64,000 bases of DNA from NCBI GenBank assembly GCA_963820525.1, contig CAWGAA010000001.1, positions 2,400,001 to 2,464,000 of the forward strand, in the 5' to 3' direction. The translations under genes and the position numbers were made by a program. Below are positions 38,351 through 49,165 of the stretch, in pieces (positions within the stretch are counted from its first letter, which is position 1; each line of letters opens with the position of its first letter). Below the pieces are notes generated by a model that had not been told where the DNA came from, made no database searches, and saw nothing but the letters and a program-made list of their open reading frames with translations. The DNA comes from an uncultured Spirochaetota bacterium. Its GTDB lineage: Bacteria > Spirochaetota > Spirochaetia > SZUA-6 > Fen-1364.

Positions 38351-39421
38351 CTACTGCATGTGCTGGAAGACCTCGTAGATCGTATCCTCCACATCCCTTC
38401 CCCGAAGCCTCTCCCGTCTCAAGGATGACTGCGGAATTGAGAGGCGGGCCTTCTTCCTCGTTTCCTCCGAGATGATGATTCCCCCGGCCGGCGCAAGGCT
38501 TTCCAGGCGGCTCGCCATGTTGACCGTGTCTCCGATCAGCGTGTTGTCGTAGCGATGGTTTCCCCCCACGTTCCCGCGGATGACCGGGCCGGTGTGGATG
38601 CCGATGCGAAACTGGATGGGGCGCCGACCCTCCTGGATTTCCCTGGCGTTCATTTCCTTGAGCTCCCGCTGGAGCTGAACCATGCTTTCAACGGCGACCT
38701 TGGCATCCCGATAGACCGCGAAGAAGGCGTCCCCGATGAACTTGTCGATGTCCCCTCCGGCCTGGTAGACGATCCGGGTAGCCACATCGAAGACCGTGTT
38801 CAGCGTCCTGATCACGTCGCGCGGCGGCATGTGCTGGGTCATCTCCGAGAATCCCTTGATGTCGGCAAAGACGACCGTGAGCTCGGTCTCCTCCTCGGGA
38901 ATCGCGATCTTCTGCAGATGTGCGTACGCCTTGGCGATATCCCAGATCGTCCTCGGAATGTAGTCCTTGATAAGGTCCACGAGGATGAAATCGTGGATGG
39001 CCGCCTCGTGAAGCTCGGAGATCTTGCTCTGTATATCTTCGTTGAAGAGATAACTCCGTATCAGCGGCTTGACCACGGTTGAAAGGAGAGTCTCGGCCGA
39101 TTTCCTGTCGATGACATTGTCGATTCCGAATGAAAAAGCGCTCTTCATCGTTCCTGCGTCGCTCTCCGCAACGATGACGATGATGGGAATGATGCGAAGC
39201 ATCTCGTCGTTTTTTAAGGCGGAAAGCCATTCCAGGATGCCCGTGACGCTGCTGTCCGCGATCACCAGGCATACCCGGTTTTCATACAAGTAAGGCTCGG
39301 CCTCCTCCATCGAGGCTGCCCGGCGGATCTCCACCTCGCCGCCCCCCTCCCCGGAAAGGGCCTCCCTCATCTCCTCGGCGTTCAAGCTCACCGAGCCGAT
39401 GCACAGGATGTCGTGTACCAT
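38351..39421 (-). CDS. Class III adenylate cyclase with N-terminal receiver-like domain
   Basis: FADIKGFS, DKFIGDA (Lys favours ATP), RIGIHTG, GDTVNMASRLE. Start MVHDILCIG. Confidence 0.9.
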   Translation of the reverse strand: MVHDILCIGSVSLNAEEMREALSGEGGGEVEIRRAASMEEAEPYLYENRVCLVIADSSVTGILEWLSALKNDEMLRIIPIIVIVAESDAGTMKSAFSFGIDNVIDRKSAETLLSTVVKPLIRSYLFNEDIQSKISELHEAAIHDFILVDLIKDYIPRTIWDIAKAYAHLQKIAIPEEETELTVVFADIKGFSEMTQHMPPRDVIRTLNTVFDVATRIVYQAGGDIDKFIGDAFFAVYRDAKVAVESMVQLQRELKEMNAREIQEGRRPIQFRIGIHTGPVIRGNVGGNHRYDNTLIGDTVNMASRLESLAPAGGIIISEETRKKARLSIPQSSLRRERLRGRDVEDTIYEVFQHMQ

Positions 39422-39609
39422 GGCGATATAGTACACAAACCGAAGGCCTTGAGAATCCTCGTCCGGGAGCCGCGTGGGAATCTTCTCCCACGGCATACGC
39501 TGCCGCCGCTCTGTTGACGGCAAAGCGGTCGAGAAAATACACTCTCTCTTGAACGGCGCGATCCGACGCCCGTCCTGGGGTTGGACCCATGAAGAAAGGA
39601 AGGCGGTGC

Positions 39610-40572
39610 ATGAAAGCCATTGTGGTAAGAGAGTTCGGAGGGCCCGAAGTCCTGAAGCTCGCCGAAGTGCCCATTCCGGAGCCCGCGGCAGGGCAGGTGC
39701 TGGTACGAATCAAGGCTGCCGGCGTGAATCCGGTGGAAACGTATATACGAAGCGGCGTGTACGCGCGAAAGCCGGATCTTCCCTTCACTCCGGGCACGGA
39801 TGGCGCGGGGCTTATCGAAGCGGTGGGAAGCGGCGTTGAGCATGTAAAGCCCGGCGACCGCGTGTACGTGGGTGGAAGCTCCACCGGTACCTATGCCGAA
39901 TATGCGCTCGCACTTGAGTCTCAGGTGCATCGCCTTTCTGAGCGCGCTTCATTCTCCCAGGGGGCGGGCGTGCACGTGCCTTACGCAACCGCCTACCGGG
40001 CGCTCACCCGCTTCGCCCATGCGCGGGGCGCGGAGATCGTTCTGGTGCATGGGGCAAGCGGCGGGGTGGGGATTGCCGCCGTGCAGATTGCCCGCGCCCT
40101 GGGGATGACCGTGATCGGAACCGCCGGGTCAGACCGGGGCCGCGAGCTCGTGAAAAAGGAGGGCGCTCATCACTGCCTGAATCATCGCGCGAGCGGCTAT
40201 CAGAAGGATGCCCTCAGCCTGACGGAAGGCCGGGGGTTTGACGTCATTATTGAAATGCTTGCCAACGTCAACCTGGGGGCTGACCTGAAGCTCCTGGCCA
40301 TGGGCGGGCGCGTCGTAGTAATAGGCTCCCGCGGTGAGGTAACGATCAACCCGAGAGAGCTGATGGGACGAGATGCGGCAGTCTACGGCATGCTCCTCTG
40401 GAATATCCCCGATGACGACTCCATAAGCACTCATGCAGCGATTGTGGCTGGCTTGGAAAATGGCTCGCTCAAGCCAGCCGTCGGCAAGGAGCTTCCCCTC
40501 GCCGAAGCGCCCGCAGCCCACAAACTCGTCATGGAGCCGGGGGCATGCGGGAAGATCGTGCTGATACTGTAG
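39610..40572 (+). CDS. qor: NADPH:quinone oxidoreductase (zeta-crystallin family)
   Basis: FGGPEVL, AGVNPVETYIRSG, HGASGGVG, EMLANVNL. Confidence 0.92.
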   Translation: MKAIVVREFGGPEVLKLAEVPIPEPAAGQVLVRIKAAGVNPVETYIRSGVYARKPDLPFTPGTDGAGLIEAVGSGVEHVKPGDRVYVGGSSTGTYAEYALALESQVHRLSERASFSQGAGVHVPYATAYRALTRFAHARGAEIVLVHGASGGVGIAAVQIARALGMTVIGTAGSDRGRELVKKEGAHHCLNHRASGYQKDALSLTEGRGFDVIIEMLANVNLGADLKLLAMGGRVVVIGSRGEVTINPRELMGRDAAVYGMLLWNIPDDDSISTHAAIVAGLENGSLKPAVGKELPLAEAPAAHKLVMEPGACGKIVLIL

Positions 40573-40579
40573 GTTGGAG

Positions 40580-41017
40580 CGCGGTCCACGGCGAGACCCC
40601 CCATCTTCCACCTTTATCTGAGCCGTGACGCTGAAAAGCCCCATGAAGCAGTCCGGCTGCCCGATACCCCTTCCATCTATATACGACACGGGCGCCGGGG
40701 TAGGCGCTGAAAACGATGGGGCTGCCCGGAGCTCCCGAGTTCTTCACGCTAACCCTCTCGTGATAGATTCCCTCCATCACATAGACCTTCTGGCCGGTCA
40801 CAAGCGTCGAGGCGGCTTTCTGGATCGTCTTCCAGGGCGCCTGCATCGTTCCAGGATTCGAATCGCTGCCATACGTGGAGACGGAGAAGATGCTTGCCGG
40901 ATCCACGGGCTCGGGATAGGTAAAGCCCGGTGCGTCCGACTGCCACGCGCATCCGGCAAGGGACAAGATCACGAGGACAATCGAAAAGCAAATCGGCGCC
41001 GTACCCCTCACCCCCAT
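40580..41017 (-). pseudogene. Remnant of a DUF1565/beta-helix lipoprotein
   Basis: Lipobox LAGC, GSDSNPGT..APWKTIQKAA, GIYHERV...SGAPGSPI. A frameshift near 40680 continues IDGRGI..., then the resemblance ends with no beta-helix body. Confidence 0.7.
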
Positions 41018-41154
41018 GCGAGCTGCCCTCCAGTAAATGTTTCGCGAGACTCTATCCGATCTTTCCCGTCCTTTCAACGGCTTTATCGGCTCTCGAATTG
41101 CGGCGCGGCATCAGCGGTGCTATGATTGTCCTCACCGGCTAGAGGAGGCGAACC

Positions 41155-41904
41155 GTGCGACTCGGACGCGATAAGAGCTGCGCTCCACTTCTCCAGCTCG
41201 ACGAGGTGCGGCGGAGGCTTGGCCTCGTGGCGGAGAGCGGGGGAGGGCTTCATGCCATTGAGGTGGACCACGTCATCGGCACGGTGGACCGGTGCTGCGA
41301 CTTCGACAGGTGTTTCCGCCCCTTGAGGCCCCACCTCGTGAGCCTCGTCGAGAAGGTGAAGAAGGCGTTCCCCGAGGGAGACTTTCCTCCCATTCACGTC
41401 ATCCAGATCGATCGCGCCTACTTCGCGGTGGACGGCCACAAGCGCCTCGCGGCGGCGCACATGCTTGGCGTGAAATCCATCGACGCGGAGGTGACGCGCC
41501 TGTCCAGTCCCTATCCCATCAATGAGCGGACACAGGAGTCGGATATCGCTCTGCATTCGGCGCAGGACCATTTCCTGAAAAACTCGGGGCTTCAGGCAGC
41601 CCGCCCCTCCGCGCGCATCGCCTGTCGGCTGCCGGGCCAGTACGGAGAGCTCTTGGACGTGGTCAAGGCATACGGCTACGATCTGGCCCTGTCGACGGGG
41701 CGTCTTCAGCAGCCCGCCGAGGTGGCGGCTTCCTGGTACGACTGCGACTACCGGGAGAGGCTTCGAGACGAGCGCTCGGGGGGCATATGCAAGCTTCTCT
41801 CCTGCTGTTCCGAGGGTGAGCTGTACCTCATGATCCATCGCTCTTCACGGCTTTCCGGGTCTGCCGCCTCTGAGCATTTTCCTGACGCCCCGGATACACG
41901 ATGA
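41155..41904 (+). CDS. ParB/sulfiredoxin-like N-terminal domain protein (DUF4032-like)
   Basis: IEVDHVIGTVDR..DFDR.FRP, PPIHV...YFAVDGHKR; GAGGAGG RBS. Confidence 0.72.
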   Translation: MRLGRDKSCAPLLQLDEVRRRLGLVAESGGGLHAIEVDHVIGTVDRCCDFDRCFRPLRPHLVSLVEKVKKAFPEGDFPPIHVIQIDRAYFAVDGHKRLAAAHMLGVKSIDAEVTRLSSPYPINERTQESDIALHSAQDHFLKNSGLQAARPSARIACRLPGQYGELLDVVKAYGYDLALSTGRLQQPAEVAASWYDCDYRERLRDERSGGICKLLSCCSEGELYLMIHRSSRLSGSAASEHFPDAPDTR

Positions 41905-43678
41905 ACCTCTACGCTGTCCTCCTGGACGTGATGGGCTCGGCAGCCTTCACCGTTTCGGTAAGCGAGATCCTCATCCATGTGCGCAGGAGAAGCAGGAGCT
42001 CCAGCCTGTCCGTTGCCGCCATGTCTCTGGCAACCGCGGCCTACTGCCTCATGTGCGCGGGCCAATACAACGTGACGGCTTCCGCCGACAGCTTGTTTTG
42101 GCTCAGGGCCGAGGCTGTCTTTCTCAACCTCATGGCGCTTTCATTTCTCTGGTTCATATCGGACACGACGGGCGGCGTTCCCAAATGGCACATGAGGATC
42201 TTCTGCGCCTGGTTCGCTCTAAACGCCGCGGCCCAGGTTCTCGGGTTTGGAGACCTCACCTGGATCGCCGGCAGCCAGAGCATCAAGGAAATAACGCTTC
42301 CCTTGGCAGGAAAGATCGTCTATCTCGAGCTGGTTGCGGGACCGCTCAGCGACATCCAGTTCGTCGCGGGCATTCTCCTTCTCGCCTATATCTTTTGGGT
42401 CACGCGAAAATGGCGCACATCGGGACGAGAAAAGGAGCGCAGTGGTCTTCTTGTCGTCGTCGGCATCATCTTTACCGCATACCTGAACGATTTCGCGGTG
42501 ACCTCCGGCTTCTACGCCTTCGTGTACCTCACCGAATTCGCCTGGCTTTCGGGCGTGATCTACGTCGGCTTCCAGCGCTCGAACGAGATCCTCGAGTCCG
42601 TGAGGGTGAAGGAAGCCCTCGCGGAAAGCGAGGAAAAATTCAGGCCCTCATCGAGCAGTCGAGCGAGGCGGTGATCCTCGCCGATGAGAATGGCGTCATC
42701 ATCGAGTACAACCATGCCGCAGAAAAGCTCACCGGGGTTCCCGCCTTGCTGGCTGTCGGGATTCGGGCGCTGGATATCGAGGGGCGCATCATCGCCGAGG
42801 TGCAACGCAGAGGGGAGACACCCCCCGGGATCGAGGCCTTTTTCCGCGAGATGAGCGACCCCAGCTCGGGACAGGCAGTCGAGCGGAGGGTCGAGGGGGA
42901 GCTTCGCCGCTCCGACGGAACGATCAGATACTTCAGGCAGAACATCTTCCCCATCCGCACACGGAAGGGGTATCGGCTGGGAAGCATTGCGTACGACGTC
43001 ACCGAACTCAAGAAGTCAAATGACGCGGTCGCTGCCTCCCTTCAGGAGAAGAGCCTGCTCTTGAAGGAGATCCACCACCGCGTGAAGAACAACCTGCAGG
43101 TGATTTCCAGCCTCCTGTACATGCAGGAAAACCGCGCACAGGACCCGAAATACAAGGCGATCATCCAGGATTCCCGAAACCAGATCCTCTCGATGTCGCT
43201 GATCCACGAGGACCTCTACCGCTCCAACGATTTCAGGAACATCCGCTTCGGGGAGTATATCCGAAGGCTCACGGGCAGGCTCGTTACCCTGTTCGCGAGC
43301 GGCGGTCAGGTCTCTCTCAAGCTTCTTCTCGAGGACGTCTCGCTCAGCATCGACAAAGCGATACCCTGCGGGCTCCTCGTCAACGAGCTGTGCACGAACG
43401 CCCTGAAGTACGCATTCCCCGCGGGGTTCACGCAGCCGGATCCCGAGCTGCGCATAGAAATCCGCGAACTGCATGACGATGCTGTGGAGCTTGTCGTTGC
43501 AGACAACGGAATCGGCTTTCCCGAATGCCTCGACTTCCGGGAAGCGCAATCCCTGGGCATGCAGATCGTGACGGCGCTTGCACGGCAGATCCGGGGCACA
43601 ATCCGCTTGGAGTCGTGCCCGGGAGCCTGCTTCAGGATCCAGTTTCCCAAGACGGCAGGGGCCGGCAGAAAGGTCTAA
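41901..43678 (+). CDS. Multi-TM membrane sensor histidine kinase, PAS + HisKA_2 (one-base frameshift at ~42643)
   Basis: About 7 TM segments, then ESEEKFR-ALIEQS after adding one G, PAS, LKEIHHRVKNNLQVISSLL, NELCTNALKYAF, DNGIG, SLGM. Confidence 0.85.
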
Positions 43679-43713
43679 CTGAAAAAACGATCTTCGGTGC
43701 ATACTGGCTCATC

Positions 43714-44600
43714 ATGATCAGGAAAAGCCGCCCCGATGGAACCTACCTCGGCAATCTGCCGCACTTCACCCGGATGATGCCATACCTGATGCCCACCCGC
43801 ACCGACGCGAGCATCTACTTCGAGCAGGACTTCGACGTGACGCACGCGCGTAAATACGTGAAGAGCGTGAACCAGGCATCCGAGGGCAACGGAAAGAAGA
43901 TCACCTTCTTTCAGGTGTTCCTCTGCGCTGGCGTGAGGACCCTCGCCCTGCGCCCCAAGCTCAACCGCTTCGTGTCGGGTTACAACTACTACCAGAGAAA
44001 CGAGATCCTCTTCAACTTTGTGGCAAAAAAAAGCTCAGCGACGACGGTGCTGAAATCAACATCACAATACCCTTCGCGCCGGACGAGACCCTGGCTACGC
44101 TCCCGGCCAAGGTAAGTTTGTTCGTCAACCGGGGAAAAGGCGGAGAAAGCAACGAGAGCGACAGCCTCAACATCTTCCTGATGAAGCTTCCCCGGTGGAT
44201 GATCCGCATGGTGGTATGGGCGCTGCGCTCGCTGGACTACCACAACCTGCTTCCCGGCTCATTCATCAAATCGATGCCCTTCTGGGCCAGCGTCTTCTTC
44301 ACGAACGTGGGAAGCGTCGGAATCGACGCTCCGCTTCACCACAACTTCAACATCGGCACATGCAGCCTGTTCATCGCCCTGGGCAAGATCAGGCGGGAGC
44401 CCGTCCTGACGGACAACGGGACTGTGGAATATCGGGAGAGAGTGAAGGTGACCTTCACGTACGACGACCGGATCGTCGACGGAATCTACTGCGGGCGGGC
44501 CATCGACCTGTTCCGGGGCCTTGTGGAGAATCCCGAACGGCTGGAGAATCCGCCGGAGCTGAGCACGGAACAGCGGGCGGAGCTGATGCTGAAAGCGTAG
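43714..44600 (+). CDS. Stand-alone 2-oxoacid dehydrogenase E2-like acyltransferase domain (frameshift in A8 run 44025-44032)
   Basis: PKLNRFV, FFTNVGSVG, TFTYDDRIVDG; no lipoyl or E3-binding domain. Confidence 0.8.
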
Positions 44601-44608
44601 GAACACGT

Positions 44609-46339
44609 ATGTACGAAAAGAAGCCCTGGCTTCGATTCTACGGCGCCACCCTCTCTACCCTCGCCTATCCCAGCACGACCATGTACGGCGCCTATCATCA
44701 TATGGCGGCGATGGTGCCCAAAGTTGCGGCTCTCGTATTCCTGGGCAAGGGCATGACGCACTCCGAGCTCGATGATTCCATCATCCGCGTCAGCAGGGGT
44801 CTGGCCGCACAGGGCATGAAAAGCGGGGATCGCGTCCTCGTCTGCCTGCCCAACATCCCCCAGGCCGTTATCGTGTTCTATGCCTTGAACCGGCTGGGCG
44901 CCGTTCCCGCCATGATCCACCCGCTTTCCGCCCCGGCTGAAATCCTCGCGTACGCCCGTCAGGCATCCTGCGCGTGGGCAGTCACCCTGGATGCCTTCTA
45001 CCCTCGCTTCGCCGAAGTCCGCGGCCAGACCTCGATAAAACGTACCGTGGTCTGCCGGCTCGAAGACTGCATGGGAATGATAACTTCACTGGCTTTCGCC
45101 CTGACTCAGGGCAGAAAAATCAAGCCGGTGCCGGCGGAAGAGGGTATCATCCGCTGGAAAGACATCGATGGGAAGGCCGCCGCAAAGCCCGAGCTCAAGC
45201 TTCCTGACCCTCTTTCTGACACGGAGATGTCCCTGATCCTCTTCAGCGGCGGCAGCACGGGCGTGTCCAAGGCGATCATGCTCTCCAGCCGGAACTGCAA
45301 CGCCCTTGCCATCCAGACGAATGCCGCGGGGGGGCCGATTCTCCCCGGCGAAATAATGCTCTCCATTCTGCCCATGTTCCACGGCTTCGGCCTGGCGGCC
45401 GGCATCCATGCCATCCTGATTCACGGGGGGACCTGCATCCTGGTTCCCCGCTTCAATGCCGACGGCCTTGCGAAGCTGGTGAAGAAGTACAGGCCGCAAT
45501 ACCTTGCCGGGGTTCCGACCCTCTTCGATGCCTTGGCGGCCAATCCCCGTTTCAAGCGTACTCCCCTCGGCTGCTTCAAAGGCCTCTTCTCCGGCGGCGA
45601 TACCCTCAGCCGCGAGACCAAAGAGCGCTTCGAGGCGGTTTTGAGGCAAAACGGCGGGAATATCCCCCTGCGTGAAGGCTATGGGCTTACCGAATCGGTC
45701 ACTGCCAATATCCTTATGCCGCGGGACCACTACAGGGAGCGGAGCATCGGCGTTCCCTATCCCGACATGATAGCCAAGGTGGTGCGCCTGGGCACGACCG
45801 AGGAGGCGGCTCCCATGGAGGACGGCGAGATCTGCGTGTGCGGCCCTACCCTCATGCTGGGCTACATGAACGACCCCGAGGAGACGGCGGCCGCCCTGCG
45901 CACCCATGATGACGGTATCATGTGGCTGCACACGGGAGATCTCGGCTGCATGGACGCGGACGGATTTCTCTACTTCCAGCTGCGCATGAAGCGGATAATC
46001 AAGACCTCCGGCGTGAGCGTCTACCCATCGAACATCGAGGACGTGCTGAACAAGCATCCCGCCGTGCGGCTCTCCTGCGTCATTGGAGTTCCCCATCCCA
46101 CGAAAGTGCAGGTCCCGAAAGGATTCGTGACCCTCAACGACGGGTGGCAGGCGAGCTCCGAGCTGGAGAAGGAGCTGATCGATCTCTGCCGAAGCCGCCT
46201 GACACCGTACTGCTGCCCCCGCTGCATCGAGTTCCGCGATCAGCTGCCCCTTACCCTGGTGGGCAAGGTGGCCTACCGACGCCTCGAGGAGCAGGACCGG
46301 GAATCCGCAGGGGCTGATTCAGCCGTCACGCAGGACTGA
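44609..46339 (+). CDS. Long-chain acyl-CoA ligase / AMP-binding enzyme
   Basis: FSGGSTGVSKA, PMFHGFG, EGYGLTE, GPTLMLGY, HTGDLG, LPLTLVGKV. Confidence 0.93.
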   Translation: MYEKKPWLRFYGATLSTLAYPSTTMYGAYHHMAAMVPKVAALVFLGKGMTHSELDDSIIRVSRGLAAQGMKSGDRVLVCLPNIPQAVIVFYALNRLGAVPAMIHPLSAPAEILAYARQASCAWAVTLDAFYPRFAEVRGQTSIKRTVVCRLEDCMGMITSLAFALTQGRKIKPVPAEEGIIRWKDIDGKAAAKPELKLPDPLSDTEMSLILFSGGSTGVSKAIMLSSRNCNALAIQTNAAGGPILPGEIMLSILPMFHGFGLAAGIHAILIHGGTCILVPRFNADGLAKLVKKYRPQYLAGVPTLFDALAANPRFKRTPLGCFKGLFSGGDTLSRETKERFEAVLRQNGGNIPLREGYGLTESVTANILMPRDHYRERSIGVPYPDMIAKVVRLGTTEEAAPMEDGEICVCGPTLMLGYMNDPEETAAALRTHDDGIMWLHTGDLGCMDADGFLYFQLRMKRIIKTSGVSVYPSNIEDVLNKHPAVRLSCVIGVPHPTKVQVPKGFVTLNDGWQASSELEKELIDLCRSRLTPYCCPRCIEFRDQLPLTLVGKVAYRRLEEQDRESAGADSAVTQD

Positions 46340-46355
46340 TCGGCGAGCCGGACGC

Positions 46356-48311
46356 ATGCACTCGGACTCATCCAGTCGCCGCCGTTTTTTCGCCCTGACC
46401 CTTTCAATCCTTCTGTCAACGTCTGCTTCCGGTCTGCCGGGGGCTGCCGCTGAATCACGGACATCGACGCCTTCCAATGCCGCTGCCACAACCCGATGGC
46501 CCGCGGTGATCCTGGACGGCTCCAGCCATTTCCTGATAGGAAATACGGTTTTCATACTCGCCCTCCTCGTGTCAATCGTGGTGCTCCTGCTTCAAATCCG
46601 AAGCAGGAAGAGAGCCGAGGGGGCGCTTCGAAAAAGCGAGTCATACTACCGTTCCCTTTTCGAAAACTCGCTCTACGGCATCGTCGTGACCAACCCGGAT
46701 TTCACCTTCCGTGAGGTCAACGCAGCTTTCTGCAGAATGCTCGAGTACGGCGAAGACGAGCTTGTCGGCTCGCGGACAATCGGCGCCGTCACCCACCCCG
46801 ATGACCTCGACAAAAGCAGGGAGCTGCTCAAGAAACTGGTCGGGCGGGAGATCGAAGAGTTCATCGAGGAGAAACGCTACGTCGCCAAATCGGGAAGAAT
46901 CATCCAGGCGCTGACCTTTGCCCGGGGCATCTACGACCCGAGCGGCCGCTACGTGGGCGGCACGGCCTCCGTGCTCGACATCTCGGAGCGCAAACGGGCT
47001 GAGGCTTCCCTGAAGGAGTACTCGGAACGCCTGGAAGAGATGGTGCGGGAGCGCACCGCGGAGCTGACGCGGGTCAACGAGGAGCTTCGCAAGGACATCG
47101 AGGAGCGAAGGCTGGCGGAAGAGGAGCGGGGGAAGCTCGGCGAGCAGCTTCGGCAGGCCCAGAAGGTGGAGTCCATCGGACGGCTGGCAGGCGGCGTGGC
47201 CCACGACATCAACAACCTTCTCTCACCCATCCTGGGCTATGCCGAGCTTCTCCTTGCCGACCTTCCCCTGGGGGATCCGAGGAAGACGGAGCTGGAGCAG
47301 ATCCTCGGCGCTGCAACGAGAGCCAGGGACCTGACGCGGCAGCTCCTCGCCTTCGGCAGGAGACAGATCCTTTCCCTGGCCCAGGTGGACCTGAGGGGGG
47401 TGGTATCGGGATTCGAGAAGCTCCTGCGGCGAACGATCCGTGAGGACATCCGCATCGACGTCCGCCTCCCGGGAAAGCTGGGGACGGTCCGCGCGGACGC
47501 GGGACAGATCGAACAGGTGCTGATGAACCTCGCCGTCAATGCCCAGGACGCCATGCCGGACGGCGGGGTCCTGACCGTGGCGCTGGAGGACGGGGTGCTG
47601 GATGAATCTTCCCGCGTCGCCCATCCAGACGTTGTCCCGGGCAGCTACGTCAGGCTTACCGTGGGCGATACCGGAATCGGGATGGACCCCGTGATGCGCG
47701 ATCACGTATTCGAGCCCTTCTATACAACCAAGGAGCGGGATAAAGGCACGGGCCTGGGCCTGTCCATGGTGTACGGGATCGTCACACAGCACGGCGGCTA
47801 CGTCTGGGTTTGCTCGGAGCCCGGTCGTGGGACCGCATTCACGATCCACCTGCCGAGGGTGGCTGAAGAGGCGACGAATAGAGAAACGCCCCTGCCGGCA
47901 ATGGGGGAGACCCCCCGCGGCGGAGAGACGATCCTCGTCGTGGAGGACACCGCCGCTGTGGGGGAGCTTGCGTGCACGATCCTCAGGCGGCAGGGCTATT
48001 CCGTGCTTCCGGCGGAGACCGTGGAGAGAGCCCGCGCCATCGTGCGGGGACGGGAGGAACCGATACACCTCCTTCTCACCGACGTGGTGATGCCGGGCCT
48101 CAACGGCAGGGAGCTTTATCAACAGCTGTCGGCCGCCAAGCCCGGCATGAGGGTGCTTTACATGTCCGGCTACACGGATGAGGTGATCGCCCATCACGGC
48201 GTCCTTGACGAGGGAGTCTCCTTCATCCAGAAGCCGTTCTCCATGGATGCCCTCTCCCGCAAGGTTCGGCAAGTCCTGGACGAAGAAAGCGGGCGCAGCG
48301 GAGATCCTTAA
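46356..48311 (+). CDS. Hybrid sensor histidine kinase (TM-PAS-HisKA-HATPase-REC)
   Basis: VNAAFCRMLEY PAS, GGVAHDINNLL, NLAVNAQDAM, GTGLGL, C-terminal receiver. Start uncertain. Confidence 0.92.
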   Translation: MHSDSSSRRRFFALTLSILLSTSASGLPGAAAESRTSTPSNAAATTRWPAVILDGSSHFLIGNTVFILALLVSIVVLLLQIRSRKRAEGALRKSESYYRSLFENSLYGIVVTNPDFTFREVNAAFCRMLEYGEDELVGSRTIGAVTHPDDLDKSRELLKKLVGREIEEFIEEKRYVAKSGRIIQALTFARGIYDPSGRYVGGTASVLDISERKRAEASLKEYSERLEEMVRERTAELTRVNEELRKDIEERRLAEEERGKLGEQLRQAQKVESIGRLAGGVAHDINNLLSPILGYAELLLADLPLGDPRKTELEQILGAATRARDLTRQLLAFGRRQILSLAQVDLRGVVSGFEKLLRRTIREDIRIDVRLPGKLGTVRADAGQIEQVLMNLAVNAQDAMPDGGVLTVALEDGVLDESSRVAHPDVVPGSYVRLTVGDTGIGMDPVMRDHVFEPFYTTKERDKGTGLGLSMVYGIVTQHGGYVWVCSEPGRGTAFTIHLPRVAEEATNRETPLPAMGETPRGGETILVVEDTAAVGELACTILRRQGYSVLPAETVERARAIVRGREEPIHLLLTDVVMPGLNGRELYQQLSAAKPGMRVLYMSGYTDEVIAHHGVLDEGVSFIQKPFSMDALSRKVRQVLDEESGRSGDP

Positions 48312-48339
48312 GGCCGCGCTCGTTCGGCGAGCGGGCGTG

Positions 48340-49161
48340 CTACGCCTCCGCCCCCAGCTCACGCAGCGTCGCGACCGTCTCTGCCACCACATCGACGTCG
48401 TTAGAGTCGTGCCAGTCGCTGTTCTGGTACTCCAATGAGACGGCATCCCGGTACCCACGAGCGACAAGCTCCTCGAGGATGGCCCGGATGGGAATGACGC
48501 CGTTTCTCGTCGTGGTCTGGAGCTTGCCTTTCCGGGCTTGACGGACATGGACGTGGCGCGCGTACGCCTGGAGCTCTCGCACGTCCTCGATCGCGAAGCC
48601 GCACGACACGAAATGGGAATAGTCCAACGTGAGCTCGATGCCGGAAACACGGGCCAGGAGCAAGGCGACTCGCGGATCTTCAATGATCGAATCCACGTGC
48701 GGCTCAACGGAGAGGCGTATCCCGGCCGCGCGGGCGATTGCGGCGTACTCCTGGAGCGTTTCGACGCAGAGCTGCCAGCCGCCCCCGATTTCCCCCGCCT
48801 GCACGATGCCCGGCTTGAGCGTGATGCCGTGCGCCTCGCACCCTTCGGCGATCTCGACGACGCGGCGGAAGAGCCGGGCATTCGATTCCCGGCGCCAGCC
48901 ATCCGGATCGTTCGTCTCGAATGGCAGGAGCGGGAACAGATCGCACACCCTCATCCCCTCGCGCCCCAGCCGTTTCTTCAGGCGTCGCCCCTGCCGCCGG
49001 GGCGGATCGGGGCCGTCGATAGCGAGGTGAGCGAAGCCGATGTCGACGTGCTCGAAACCGAGCGCGCGCAAGATCCGAATCGAGGCATCGAGGGAGAGGC
49101 AGGCGAACGACCAGGAGGAGCAGGCGACCGTGAGCGATCGGTCCGCTATTCGCAGACGCAT
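48340..49161 (-). CDS. Sugar-phosphate isomerase/epimerase (AP endonuclease 2 / xylose isomerase-like TIM barrel)
   Basis: SVEPH, LDYSH, HVHVRQ, GYRDAVSLEY metal-site motifs. Confidence 0.85.
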   Translation of the reverse strand: MRLRIADRSLTVACSSWSFACLSLDASIRILRALGFEHVDIGFAHLAIDGPDPPRRQGRRLKKRLGREGMRVCDLFPLLPFETNDPDGWRRESNARLFRRVVEIAEGCEAHGITLKPGIVQAGEIGGGWQLCVETLQEYAAIARAAGIRLSVEPHVDSIIEDPRVALLLARVSGIELTLDYSHFVSCGFAIEDVRELQAYARHVHVRQARKGKLQTTTRNGVIPIRAILEELVARGYRDAVSLEYQNSDWHDSNDVDVVAETVATLRELGAEA

Positions 49162-49165
49162 GTCG

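Noticed and set aside
41155..41904. Plasmid or chromosome partition system
   Set aside because: No ParA, HTH or parS-like sites; only the ParB/Srx N-terminal motif is present.
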